64,000 nt of DNA from Octopus bimaculoides (Eukaryota). The position numbers and the translations under genes were made by a program. How positions within the stretch are numbered: the stretch's first letter is position 1; every line of letters starts with the position of its first letter. Of this stretch, positions 1-12,042 are shown piece by piece. The notes under the pieces were generated by a model. That model was not told the DNA's origin and made no database searches. It worked only from the letters and a program-made list of their open reading frames with translations. The stretch lies in the NCBI RefSeq assembly GCF_001194135.2, contig NC_068981.1:150546125-150610124 (forward strand), in the 5' to 3' direction.

Positions 1-720
1 GTGCATTTGGAACGGAGGTGGCCCTTCTCTCCACATTGGAAGCACCTGGGCCTACGTCCTTCCACAGCTACCCGCATGGATAGCCCATCCTCCCCCCCCC
101 CCACAAACACCCTATCGGGCAAATTTTCAAGGGTCTCATTGGCCGCTTGAACGACCATTTCTAACGAGTGTCCTCGCCAGTTTACCACTTCCTTTTTCCT
201 CATTTATAGGATTGAAATTTCCTCCACGTCATACACTACTGCAGCCGCTACTCACATTACTTCATACCCTACCGAGATCTCGTCCACTGTCACTTTTGCG
301 GTCCTGCGACCCAAGTAAGAGGGCAGCAGCATTATCTCTTCATTCTTCAACGTTTGTGTAGACACCTCCTTGGCTACGCTAGCAGACTCGAAATGTGCTT
401 CAATTGTGGTGCTTCTTGCTCCTCGGCTGACGTAGCGTACTTTATTCCAGATAGGTGCCATACATTTTTCTACTGCTTCATTTTTTGCCTCCTTTATAAG
501 TTTTTTTTTTTTGTTTTTTTTCGATGTTGTAGACTTTGTACACAACTGCTTTGGTATTTAATTACTTGTACTGTATCAGGGGGCGACAACAACTTGGTAT
601 CCGATCCATTCTATTTAATTAGATTTCTAAACTTGAAAAGCTGGTCTATAGTCGCTTCAAGTTCCGTAACGTTACCGCCCACCGCGGCTGAAAATCTCTT
701 TTTCTCCTAGGTATCACGCT
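1..720 (-). mobile_element. Degenerate non-LTR retrotransposon ORF1/gag-like protein with CCHC zinc knuckle (copy 1; runs off the window and into a gap)
   Basis: The minus strand at 1-77 translates MRVAVEGRRPRCFQCGEKGHLRSKCT (CX2CX4HX4C). ORF 252-545 (VRYVSRGARSTTIEAHFESASVAKEVSTQTL...LGRRTAKVTVDEI) aligns by eye with the ORF at 2811-3798. It has stops and frameshifts. Confidence 0.75.
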
Positions 721-1754
721 GGTTCACGGTTATATTTCCTTTTCCCATCTNNNNNNNNNNNNNNNNNNNNNNNNNNNNNNNNNNNNNNNNNNNNNNNNNN
801 NNNNNNNNNNNNNNNNNNNNNNNNNNNNNNNNNNNNNNNNNNNNNNNNNNNNNNNNNNNNNNNNNNNNNNNNNNNNNNNNNNNNNNNNNNNNNNNNNNNN
901 NNNNNNNNNNNNNNNNNNNNNNNNNNNNNNNNNNNNNNNNNNNNNNNNNNNNNNNNNNNNNNNNNNNNNNNNNNNNNNNNNNNNNNNNNNNNNNNNNNNN
1001 NNNNNNNNNNNNNNNNNNNNNNNNNNNNNNNNNNNNNNNNNNNNNNNNNNNNNNNNNNNNNNNNNNNNNNNNNNNNNNNNNNNNNNNNNNNNNNNNNNNN
1101 NNNNNNNNNNNNNNNNNNNNNNNNNNNNNNNNNNNNNNNNNNNNNNNNNNNNNNNNNNNNNNNNNNNNNNNNNNNNNNNNNNNNNNNNNNNNNNNNNNNN
1201 NNNNNNNNNNNNNNNNNNNNNNNNNNNNNNNNNNNNNNNNNNNNNNNNNNNNNNNNNNNNNNNNNNNNNNNNNNNNNNNNNNNNNNNNNNNNNNNNNNNN
1301 NNNNNNNNNNNNNNNNNNNNNNNNNNNNNNNNNNNNNNNNNNNNNNNNNNNNNNNNNNNNNNNNNNNNNNNNNNNNNNNNNNNNNNNNNNNNNNNNNNNN
1401 NNNNNNNNNNNNNNNNNNNNNNNNNNNNNNNNNNNNNNNNNNNNNNNNNNNNNNNNNNNNNNNNNNNNNNNNNNNNNNNNNNNNNNNNNNNNNNNNNNNN
1501 NNNNNNNNNNNNNNNNNNNNNNNNNNNNNNNNNNNNNNNNNNNNNNNNNNNNNNNNNNNNNNNNNNNNNNNNNNNNNNNNNNNNNNNNNNNNNNNNNNNN
1601 NNNNNNNNNNNNNNNNNNNNNNNNNNNNGTTATTTTTCCTTTTTTAGTTTAACTAAATGTTTTTCTCGGTCCTTAAATAAATCCGGACGTGTTTTTGCTT
1701 CGCTGCGTATTTTTTCTTTTTTTAGTTGTTTTGTGCTGCTTTGCAGCAGTTTTT

Positions 1755-1885
1755 GAGTATGCCGCCACCTTTGTTTGGTGAGCGTTGCTGAGATGGAGAA
1801 AATGAAGACATTTGCGACAGCGACGGGCAGTCGGGCTTCCGTCGTCCCAGGCCTGCTGAAGTAATAAGAAATGCAGACCCGCAGA
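1755..1885 (+). mobile_element. 5' UTR and N-terminus fragment of a third ORF1/gag-like copy
   Basis: ATG at 1793 reads MEKMKTFATATGSRASVVPGLLK**E, matching (LRK)MKSYAEATGSRVLDPSVLKQE of the 3798 copy. The upstream gccacctttgtttggtg resembles gccaccattgttgggtg upstream of the 3798 copy. Confidence 0.6.
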
Positions 1886-1921
1886 CAGGTGAACACACAG
1901 ACATACAGCTGCAAATTTTTT

Positions 1922-2132
1922 GCTGGCACTCCGTCGCTTACGACGTCGAGGGTTCCAGTTGATCCGATCAACGGAACAGCCTGCTCGTGAAATTAACGTG
2001 CAAGTGGCTGAGCACTCCACAGACACGTGTACCCTTAACGTAGTTCTCGGGGGTATTCAGCGTGACACAGTGTGACAAGGTTGGCCCTTTGAAATACAGG
2101 TACAACAGAAACAGGAAGGAAGAGTGAGAGAA
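1922..2132 (-). mobile_element. SINE 3' fragment (family also at 36680-36870)
   Basis: The block gaacagcctgctcgtgaaattaacgtgcaagtggctgagcactccacagacac...gtgacaagg...tttgaaatacaggtac is shared with 36680-36870. Confidence 0.75.
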
Positions 2133-2189
2133 NNNNNNNNNNATGAGGAAATTAAGAACGATATAAAATGGTGAATAGAGTTTTATTTT

Positions 2190-3830
2190 GAAAGGAACTT
2201 TTGGGAAAATGTTGAAATAATTTTGAAAAGAACTGCTGAAATAATTGAAATAACGTAACCACCCCGGAGCGGGGCTCGGGTGGCCGTTCCATCTTCATTG
2301 TATAATTTCACTATTCCATTCTGTCATGTGTTGATTGTCCCCGCATGTGTGTATTGTCCTATCTATGTTTAGCCCCTTGTGAAATATTTCAGTCTTTAAA
2401 ATAAATCACGACTTACCACTTCATCTTCTCCTTTTTGTCCACATATTTCACCACCGAGTCGCGAGGTTCAACATCCACCTCCTACCCAAGTGGATTCACT
2501 CTTTCACAATGTCTTTCAATTTTGAAATTCTGTTAACTTTTGGGTGTCCTATATTTCACTATAAACCTTACTTCTATTTGTGTCTTGCATGTTTGTGTTT
2601 TTTGTCTCAGTATTTCTGTAATCCTTGGCTTTTATGTGATTGTATTTGTGTGTCTGTGTGTTTGTGTATTTGTGTGTCTGTGCGTTTGTTTGACTGTAAT
2701 TCTGCGTGTTTCGTCTGTGTATCTATGCTTTTAGGTTTCTGTGATTCTAAGATATCTTGTATCTGTTTGCCTGTATTTCTGTGCGTTTGTATGTCTGTGT
2801 GTTTGAGTGTCTATGGGTCTGAATGTTTCTGTACTTGTAAATCCTTTAGTAGTGATCCTACTGGTGAATCTTCTCTGTTTCTCGTCGTAGGTTGGATTAC
2901 CTCTTTCATTGCTTTGTACTTCTTCAGTTCCACTATCGGTAGTGACTTCCTCCTCTCTCTTTTTCTTGCTTCCACCTCTGCAAAATTCCCGTCTTGTTCT
3001 GTTATCTGTTTCTGCTGTTTCTCCACCATTATGTTCTCCTGAATACTCTCCTCTACAATTTCCACTGCTGCTCTAGGGCATTTCTTTCTCAAGTGCCCTC
3101 TTTCACCACATTCGTAACGCTTTGGGAGTCTCCCCTCCAACATTATCTTCAGCTTTTCTTCATTTGGTAGCTCCAAAGTGTCAGGTATTTCGTTGTAATA
3201 TTTCTGGCTCACTGCACAAGTCCTCTCTAATCCGTAGCCCCAACACTTCACCCGTTGGGTTCGGCTTATCATGCCCATCTTCACCTCTTCATTTTCCTTC
3301 CTTATCTCCGAATAAAAAATCGCCGCTATTAACCACTCTGGATCTATCCACAGTGGGATTCTTCCCACCCTAATTCTGACAATTCGTTTATCCAAACCGT
3401 TTTCTCATCAGTGTCCATTTCTCTCACTGTATCATCCTGCTGGAGGATTTTTCCGCCTCCTCTTCTGATACAAAGGTTGTCACTATAGACTCATATCTCC
3501 TTCCTCTCATTAAGAATGCTATGCTGTCTCTTATCTGTATTTCCAAAATTCCCTCCTGCGGCGTTTTTCCAATTCTTCTGTTTTTATTTGAAAATGTTCT
3601 GAATATTACTGTCTTCTTTTCCATTTTCGCTTTTTCTTCCTCTGGTAGGGTCAGTTTTATATTTGACCCTTCCTTCTTCACCGTACTATTATATTCTTCT
3701 ATCAGTTCACTATCGCACTCTACAATCTCTTGTTTCAGCACACTTGGGTCGAGAACTCGACTTCCAGTAGCTTCTGCATAACTTTTCATTTTTCTCAATT
3801 ATTCAGTACCACCCAACAATGGTGGCTTCG
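2190..3830 (-). mobile_element. Near-complete ORF1/gag-like element (copy 2) with degenerate zinc knuckle, no ORF2 visible
   Basis: ORFs 3424-3798 and 2811-3395 form one disrupted reading frame containing GRLPKRYECGERGHLRKKCP (CCHC with the first C changed to R). It is followed by a CA/GT-rich linker, a short residual coding-like piece (DVEPRDSVVKYVDKKEKMKW) and non-coding sequence. No APE or RT motifs. Confidence 0.75.
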
Positions 3831-4038
3831 CACAAAAAAAATTCGACGAGAATTCTTTAAAAAATAACAAAAAAATGTGGCTTGGTAGCTGTCGATGCCT
3901 ATTCGCCTCTGAAAACATATTTATTTCAAGTGAAATACATTTACTGATTTCGAAAATAGAAATATTACATTTTACATTTCTAAATCTCTCAGAGAGATTT
4001 ATACAGTAGCAGCATGGTAAAGTGATGGCATGTTGCCA

Positions 4039-4321
4039 AATTAATGTGGCAGTCCCATAAAAGGGAAGAATGCTACTGCTATTTAGACCCAGGAAACACC
4101 GTTTCCAGCTGGCCATGACACATTTTCTGTGTCCTTATGTTTTCAAAGGTGATATAAGCATTCCAGACTGATGATGAGCAATGACTCTGAAACTAGTCTC
4201 TGGATGCTGGGTGGAGGTGCTTCTCTCGCCTTTGAAAACATAAGGATACAGAAAATGTGTCATGGCCAGCTGGAAACAGTGTTTCCTGTGGCTAAATAGC
4301 ATGGGACTGTCACATTAAGTT
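4039..4321. repeat. Foldback element with ~95-115 bp inverted arms
   Basis: 4039-4152 is the reverse complement of 4226-4321 (gctatttag..caggaaacac.gtttccagctggccatgacacattttctgt.tccttatgttttcaaagg.ga), with a 19-bp indel. The right end abuts an N gap. Confidence 0.9.
4158..4207 (+). ncRNA. Minimal type I hammerhead ribozyme-like motif (Penelope-type), possibly decayed
   Basis: Stem I tccaga/tctgga, core CTGATGA (4168-4174), short stem II gag/ctc, GAAAC (4189-4193), palindromic ACTAGT stem III and GTC cleavage triplet (4196-4198). Confidence 0.65.
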
Positions 4322-4812
4322 GACNNNNNNNNNNNNNNNNNNNNATATATATATATATATATATAAAGGGACCGCTTAGAACTGACTCGGTGCGTTTACA
4401 TCTTCTCCGTGACAAAATACACCGTTCACACCTTTCTTATGGGTTCGAATATGCTTAAGGCACATTCGAACCCGTATATGCTGAAGAGGTGATAACCACT
4501 CAGAAATGCACTTCGAATATGCCTCACGTATATTTAAACTGGTAACAAGTTTGTATTTATACCCATCACTGCTTAGCGCTGTCATCACGTGTGTGCGTAT
4601 ATATATATATTTAAACCCTGGTATGTGTGTGTGAGCGTGTGTGTATATATATATTTGTGTGCATGTGCGTGTGGTAAAGCTGTAAGAGGTTATACCAGCG
4701 CTCACCATTGGTCACAGAGTTCATTTAAGCAGAAACAGCTACATCCTAAAGAATGCAATTTCATAACTCCTCTTTATTATTAAATTAATATGTATGTGCA
4801 TGTGTGTGCGTA

Positions 4813-4861
<49 letters not shown>

Positions 4862-5149
4862 CAGTAAGTGATAAAATGATAGTTTAAGCATTGCATAGAC
4901 AGTCACCAAGTTGGACTCACAGAGATCAGAATCTTAAACTCACACTTCTAAGGTAAAGCAATCTAGAGATAGAAAAAAGAAAAGCCGGCTAGGAGAACGA
5001 ACGAAATTGTGTGTGCATGGAAGTAGAAAGACAAACAAAAACGATAACGGGGGGTAAGGAATGCATTTGTATGATAAGTTGCTATACAATTTACGTGATG
5101 TAATTAACTCATCGAACAATCGCTCTGATAGAGAGAAAGTACTTTTGAT

Positions 5150-6360
5150 CATTATTCTAGAACATTTGAAGTCGTTGCTGAAATAAGAAATATCTAAAGA
5201 ACAGGTTGGTTTTAGAAATAGACGTTGAACAAGAGATCATTCGTACAATCTGCACTCAGTTTTAGGAAAAATAAGAACACGCAACCTTACGACATTCCTT
5301 TGCTGTCGTAAGGTTGACTACAGAAAGGTTTGATTGTGCAAGTTATAGCCACCTGTGGCGCATTATCTCTTATCTCGGCATTCCGAAACATCTCATTAGC
5401 TTCATCAAGCAGCTTTACATTCAACAACAGCCCTGCATTCGAGCAAATAAGAAGACAGAAAAGTTCGAAAATGGGAAAAGCGTTCATCAGGGCTGTATTC
5501 TTTCTTCATGTTTGTTCAACATTTACACTAAGTGGATAATACGAGAAGTAATACAGGAAGAAAATGGTATCAAAATACATGGCTTACATATTTCTAATCT
5601 AAGGTATACAGAGGAAACGTTTCTACTTACCGAGGCTGAAGCCAAACCACGTGAAATGACAGAGTCTAGAATGCATCAAATACACATGGTCTTTGTTTCA
5701 AACATAAGAAAACAAAAATCATGGTTGCAGGAAAAGACAAAGTAAATGCTATCACCAAACCGGACAGTGAGAGGCTCGCGTAATTTGAATTGTACAAGTA
5801 TCGTAGAGCTCAAAATATCTGATGCAGCCACATATAAGAAAAAAATTAGGACACGGGCAGCCATGGCAAGAACATCCATAGAAAGGCTTAATAGCATCTG
5901 AAGCAGTAAACGAGCCCGATCAAGGTTAAAAACAAGGCTAGTACGAATGATCATTTTGCCAATATGTATTTATTGCTGTGAAACATGAACTCCGAACAAA
6001 TCTGGAGAGAAAATAATCAATGCGTTTGAAATGTCAGTGCATAGGAGAAAGTTACGAGTCTCTTACAAGGACCATCAGACAAATGAATGGGTATTGTAGG
6101 TAAAAGACAACTCCTGAACATTGGGGAAAAACAAAAGCCCGTCTATTATGGGCATATCCAAATAAGCAAAAGTCTGGAAAATATTATCATAGATGGAATT
6201 ATAGAGGGTAGTAGACAAAGAGGCAGGCAAAGAACTCAATGGATGGACAATATCACAAGCTGGTTACACCAATGTAGAAAGGCAGCTGGAGGACACGCTC
6301 TTTATAGGGAAGTCTTTTGGTGTAACGTGATCAATTCGCGGTAGGTGGGCATATGATGCA
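5150..6360 (+). mobile_element. RTE-clade (BovB-like) LINE, 5'-truncated reverse transcriptase pseudogene
   Basis: Translations EQVGFRNRR*TRDH, LWRIISYLGIPKHLISFIKQLY, GKSVHQGCILSSCLFNIYTKWIIR, GIKIHGLHISNLRYTEETFLL (degenerate YADD) and IIEGSRQRGRQRTQWMDNIT. Many stops and frameshifts. Confidence 0.88.
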
Positions 6361-6778
6361 TGATGACGAAGCAACTCACATCTTTACAACTGTTTTGAAC
6401 GGTCGATTATTAGCTCATATAACAAAGCTCATTATTCAAGCAATGGCAAGACTGAGACAGTATTTTAGTTATACATAAAAGAAAAGTAAGGTAGTACTGA
6501 TTTAATAGCTCCGTGCTGCAGAGTCAAAGCACTCTCTTCGGCAGATCTAGAACAAATAACAATAGCAAAAATGCGATGAGGGGGAGAAGAGGTGGATATA
6601 AAGACAACGTGAGATAAACAAAAGTTCGAACAGTGATGGATGATGAACAAAATGTATGCACACGAAAAATAGCAATATATATATATATATAGAAGTATAT
6701 ATATCGTTAAAATTTATTTAAAATTTATTTAAATCTGAAATTATACATTCAAATTATTTGTTAATTACTATAATGTGA

Positions 6779-7742
6779 CTAATATTTAGTAGACATGCCC
6801 TTTGCATTTTTCAGTGCATTTTCACTGCCTATTAGGCATGATACTGATCAGATGATGAATATTCTCTTAACGAATTTCATGCCATGTTTCATGCAGTAAT
6901 CACAATAAATCTGGATTTGAGGATGCTTTCTTGTTTTTGTTTTTTTTACAAAATGTCCTGTCCATTATGTCCCAGAGGTGTTCAATGGGGTTCATATCTA
7001 TGGGTCTTTTTAGCTGTATGTCAAGGAGCTCTATCTTCCATAAATAGAGAGCCTTCTTTAATCATTTGAAGGAGTCGTTTCTGCAATATGGGCACATATT
7101 TAGCTGGGGTTATCTTTCCCTCATACTCCACCCGCTTTGATCGACCATTAGTCCAAATTGCTCCCTCGACCATCACAGAATAGCGACCATTGTTGGTTGC
7201 AACCTTTGCACATCAGTTTGTTTGTTTTTTTATCACAGAATCTCCAGACCCACACTCGACCACTGTCAGAAAGTACAGCAAATCTGGACTCATCAGAGAA
7301 TATGGTAGTGTCCCAAAATTCTAGTGACCTTTCCACCATCTCACTGGCGAAGTCTTTTACCCGCTTCATGTTGCCTGGCTGAAGAAGTGACTTCCTTCTT
7401 GCTACTCTGCCATAGTAGCCAAGTTTGTGAAGATACCTGACAGCTGTTCTGAGACTGACATCAACATGTTTTGCGATGCCAGAGACCTTGCAACGAGGAT
7501 TATCCTCCACACTTCTCTTCACAAAGCGAAGGGTCCTGTGAGAGTGTCCTGGTTGACCTGGGCAAGGTTATGTAGACTCCTCCTCCTCTCTGGTGAATTG
7601 CACAATCACTCTATTAACTGTAGAAAGTGGGATCCCAATGTTATCTGCGATTTTACGTTGACTAAGTCCACCTTCAGATTGACCCACAATACGGCCTCTT
7701 TGAAATTCGAACAGTTTCAAGGCTTCTTTTGTACGTGGCACG
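6779..7742 (-). mobile_element. Tc1/mariner transposase pseudogene
   Basis: HTH N-terminus ([46 protein letters not shown]), ORF 7148-7522 with RVARRKSLL and TIFSDESRF (first D), degenerate FMEDRAP (second D), and C-terminal KNAKGMSTKY* ending at 6779. Confidence 0.9.
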
Positions 7743-7887
7743 ACTAAACAGTCACATGTAGAACTTGAAACAGAAAAATGTCAATTAATAAAAGATATAA
7801 ATCTTTTCAAGTTAAGATAGAAATAAAACGATGTTTTATGGGGTGTCTATTTACTTCTGTTTGTGTGCGTGTGTGTGTGTGTGTGCT

Positions 7888-8250
7888 GTACCAAAGGTAC
7901 CGTCCACAACAGGTACTGCAATAGCCTAGGGTTCAAAGGCCCATAGCTCCTCAATGCCTTGCCACAAAAATTAAGAAATCTGCATAAGGTGGAAGTAGAT
8001 GACTTCAAAAGGGAACAAGACATCCTCCTCTGAACGATATCGGATGAACTATCGGTCCGACATGAGATACAGACGAGGGCAACGGAATCAAACTCCCTTA
8101 CACACCAAATAGGCCCGACAGCTGGGACAAAAACACACACAGGAGTGGTGATGTGAAACCCCCCAGACTGAGGAAATCAGTAACACCACAGCAGTGCTCC
8201 AGCATGACCGCAGCCGTATGGCTGAGACGCGTAAACGAGTAAAAGAGTAT
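7888..8250 (+). mobile_element. CR1/L2-group LINE 3' end remnant
   Basis: Translates RYCNSLGFKGP*LLNALPQKLRNLHKVEVDDFKREQDILL*TISDE...RATESNSLTHQ, a typical CR1-group ORF2 C-terminus. It is followed by a 3' UTR ending in a (TATG)n tract. Confidence 0.7.
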
Positions 8251-9020
8251 GTATGTATGTATGTATGTATGTATGTATGTATGTGAATGTATATATGTAT
8301 ATAAATGAATGTGTGCTTATATATACGTATATATACATACATGCATACACACACACGTATATCTATATTTGTGTGTGTGTAAACGTCGATTAATATGTGC
8401 ATGTGGGTTAATGCGTGTGGGTTATGTTAGTGTGTATGGGTGTGTGTATATATATATGTGTGTGTGTGTGTGTGTGCTCTTTAATTTATATACGAGTGCG
8501 TGTGTGTGTGTAAAAATGACACGTATTATAATTATAACTAGAGTGAATATAATTTACTAAACAAAAGTGCCATATACTTATTCAAATGGATGTATAGCGA
8601 TCCATTCCTACTTAATTATATGCATTACTTCTATCATTATTATCATTATTATTGTAATCATTATAATTATTTTCGATTTACTCTAACCTATTGTCACTTA
8701 GTATAGTCTTATATCAAAATAGTGCATGTGCATATCAGAGAGTGTGCATATCAATGTATATATACGTAAATCAATATCTGTATACCAATGCGTGTGTGTC
8801 AATGTGAGCGTGTGCCACTGTGTGAGTATATATGCATCAGTATACGTGCGTAGGTGGTGTATGCCATCATGTCAATATGTTGGTCAGGGTGTGAATGTGT
8901 GTGGAATTCAGCGAGCATATGCAATAACGTGTGTGTCTATTATTTGTATGTGTAAGCATGTAGGTATCAGTGTGTTCGTATACCAATGTGTGAGTGTTCC
9001 CGCTTATGTGAGTATGTAAA
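8248..9020. repeat. Microsatellite and low-complexity tracts (representative; (TATG)n, (GT)n, (TA)n, (GA)n and (TAA)n occur throughout)
   Basis: Directly visible, e.g. also 4800-4856, 9535-9600, 13930-13995, 14355-14412, 18078-18295, 27518-27570, 31080-31125, 57010-57062. Confidence 0.95.
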
Positions 9021-9609
9021 TATGTGTGATGGTTATACATTATCTCCAATTTGAAAGATTACATTGTCATAGAATGGATTAAACGGCACTCCCTCTCTTT
9101 GCCTAACGATTTTATTGCATACTCTTCTATGTCTAATTTACTTGTTTATGTCTTTTGTTTTGATAGCACTATCTATATATGTCCGTTTTGATTTATTGAT
9201 ATCATGTATGTTTCATTGTTTTATGTTTTTATCGGCCTATTTCATTGTATTATTTTTCCTTTCTTACTTTATTTTCGTGGTGGGGAGAGGAGTGGTCTTC
9301 TCTCAATTTCTTCTGAAAATTGCTTCAATATAGCAAACTTCTTGAAAATGTTTCTTAATAGAACTGGATGAAATAAAGAGAACAAAGAGCGAGGTACTTG
9401 GTCACCCGAGGAAAGGCAATCAGCACTTGTGATGCAAGACAATTGATTGTACAGCATCTCACCTGTGAGGTACAGTTGAAACAATTGTAGCGGTTTTGAA
9501 TAAAGAATATAATGAATTCCATTTTCTGTCCCTGATGTATGTATGTATGTATGTATGTATGTATGTATGTATGTATGTATTTATGTATGTATGTATGTAT
9601 CTCTTATTC

Positions 9610-10392
9610 TTTAATTATTATGAACCGCCCACTGAGGAGGGAGCCGGTTTTCAACAAAGACACAAGGCCCCATCTTTGCGATGTAGTTAACACAGACAAA
9701 TTCATATTTGGAACTTGAGAAAAGTCTTGCATATTTTTACTGTTCCACTCACAGATGACACTTGTAATATACAAATGAGCCGGTCAATTTCTCTTTCTGA
9801 AAATCCGGGTTTATTCAGATTCGCCTTTAAGCATTTACTAACAAAACCTAGTGCTCCAATTATTATTGGTATGAATATGAATTCATAGTCTGAATAAAGA
9901 AGCTGGAGGTTTCGAAGCAGTTGTCCATAGATATCCTCTTTTTCTTTGATTTTCAAAGAGATATTTATATCCGCAAGGCAGCTGACCTCTATGACGAAAC
10001 ATACCTTTGCCCCTCTGTCCCAAAGAACAATAACCGGCCTGTCACGGTTACATGACAGAGGTTTTGATGGGAATATTCCTCCAGTATTCCTTGAGGTGGT
10101 GTTTGTGAATGTATTCCGTAACAGAAGGATTTTCTAAGTTTATTTCAAGACAGTCTTTTTTTTTTTTTTTTTGCGGATGGCATTGTAAATTGTTTTAGCG
10201 ACAACATCGTGCCGCATATGGAGGTAGTACCGTGACGACATTTTAAGACAGCTGCTAATAACATACGTGATGTCTTCCACAGAAACATGACATAGCCTAC
10301 ACATGCGGTTGTACCTTGGGGTTACAAGAGCGTCACTGTCTCTCTTAACCAGGTACTCTGTGGCAATCTCCTCTTCTTGAATTGCAAACACG
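9610..10392 (-). mobile_element. R4/Dong-like (restriction-like endonuclease) non-LTR retrotransposon, 3' portion
   Basis: Degenerate CCHC-type finger CRLCHVSVEDITYVISSC, RHDVVAK motif, degenerate PD-(D/E)xK region (RDRPVIVLWD...CFVIEVSC), KEKEDIY, FIPIIIGALG and SGTVKICKTFL*. The 3' UTR ends in cataataat. Confidence 0.85.
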
Positions 10393-10555
10393 TATGTATG
10401 TATGTATGGATGGATGTATGCATTTATACATACCTTTTAATTTTTATCTTTTACTTGTTTCTGTCATTAGACTGCAGCTATGCTGGGACACCGCTTTGAC
10501 GAGTTTAGATAGATAGATAGATAAATAGATAGATAGATAAATAGATAGATAAATA

Positions 10556-10932
10556 TACATGCATATATGGGTACAGGACGTCACCAACAGTGCAAATGAC
10601 GTGAAATGCGTAAACATGTTTGTTTTCGTTCGGTTTCCTTGTATGTCTTCACTGTCATTTTTTTGTTCCCAGCTTTGACCCTCGAAAAATCCTAAAATTT
10701 ATTTTAGAATTTATGGGAGCAACTGTCTTTGAAGACTCATGTTGTTGATGAATGTTTGAAATGAGGAGTAGATAGACAGCAGACAACTGATGAAGGGTCG
10801 TTTCTCTGTGTTTACTTGTCTTGTTTTCCATTTTTTCTCTTTGTTCACGTATTTCACTCATTTTTCACTCGTTTGTTTACGTGTTTCATGTCATTTGCAC
10901 AGTTGGTGACGTCCTGTACCCATATATGCATG
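10556..10932. repeat. Repeat with ~60-bp terminal inverted duplication
   Basis: 10556-10615 (catgcatatatgggtacaggacgtcaccaacagtgcaaatgac...) is the reverse complement of 10874-10932. The tail gtcctgtaccca.atatgcat is shared with 12600-12800 and 19322-19515. Confidence 0.85.
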
Positions 10933-11009
10933 TGTGTGTGTGTATATATATATATCATATATTATTTACTATTATTTAATTGAACGCGACGCATCCATTT
11001 CCAAGTGAG

Positions 11010-11042
<33 letters not shown>

Positions 11043-12042
11043 GTATATNNNNNNNNNNNNNNNNNNNNNNNNNNNNNNNNNNNNNNNNNNNNNNNNNNNN
11101 NNNNNNNNNNNNNNNNNNNNNNNNNNNNNNNNNNNNNNNNNNNNNNNNNNNNNNNNNNNNNNNNNNNNNNNNNNNNNNNNNNNNNNNNNNNNNNNNNNNN
11201 NNNNNNNNNNNNNNNNNNNNNNNNNNNNNNNNNNNNNNNNNNNNNNNNNNNNNNNNNNNNNNNNNNNNNNNNNNNNNNNNNNNNNNNNNNNNNNNNNNNN
11301 NNNNNNNNNNNNNNNNNNNNNNNNNNNNNNNNNNNNNNNNNNNNNNNNNNNNNNNNNNNNNNNNNNNNNNNNNNNNNNNNNNNNNNNNNNNNNNNNNNNN
11401 NNNNNNNNNNNNNNNNNNNNNNNNNNNNNNNNNNNNNNNNNNNNNNNNNNNNNNNNNNNNNNNNNNNNNNNNNNNNNNNNNNNNNNNNNNNNNNNNNNNN
11501 NNNNNNNNNNNNNNNNNNNNNNNNNNNNNNNNNNNNNNNNNNNNNNNNNNNNNNNNNNNNNNNNNNNNNNNNNNNNNNNNNNNNNNNNNNNNNNNNNNNN
11601 NNNNNNNNNNNNNNNNNNNNNNNNNNNNNNNNNNNNNNNNNNNNNNNNNNNNNNNNNNNNNNNNNNNNNNNNNNNNNNNNNNNNNNNNNNNNNNNNNNNN
11701 NNNNNNNNNNNNNNNNNNNNNNNNNNNNNNNNNNNNNNNNNNNNNNNNNNNNNNNNNNNNNNNNNNNNNNNNNNNNNNNNNNNNNNNNNNNNNNNNNNNN
11801 NNNNNNNNATAAATAAATAGATAAATAAATAAGTAGAACTCCCAAAGGGGGAGGCGCTTCGAAAAAGGAAAGGTTACACGTGGAAAAACCCATAAAACCA
11901 CGGGAGCCTGGTCAGAAAAAATAAGAAAGGGGTATAGAGCCCTTTCTCCTTTTACATTACCTTTTTTTTTTTTTTTTTACAGGTGTATTCTCAGAATTGG
12001 TCCGTTTATACTAGCCATTTTTCCAACAGTCACCCATCTTTC

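Noticed and set aside
4168-4191. C/D snoRNA (ATGATGA...CTGA)
   Set aside because: The boxes are only ~15 nt apart, and a hammerhead fold explains the motifs better.
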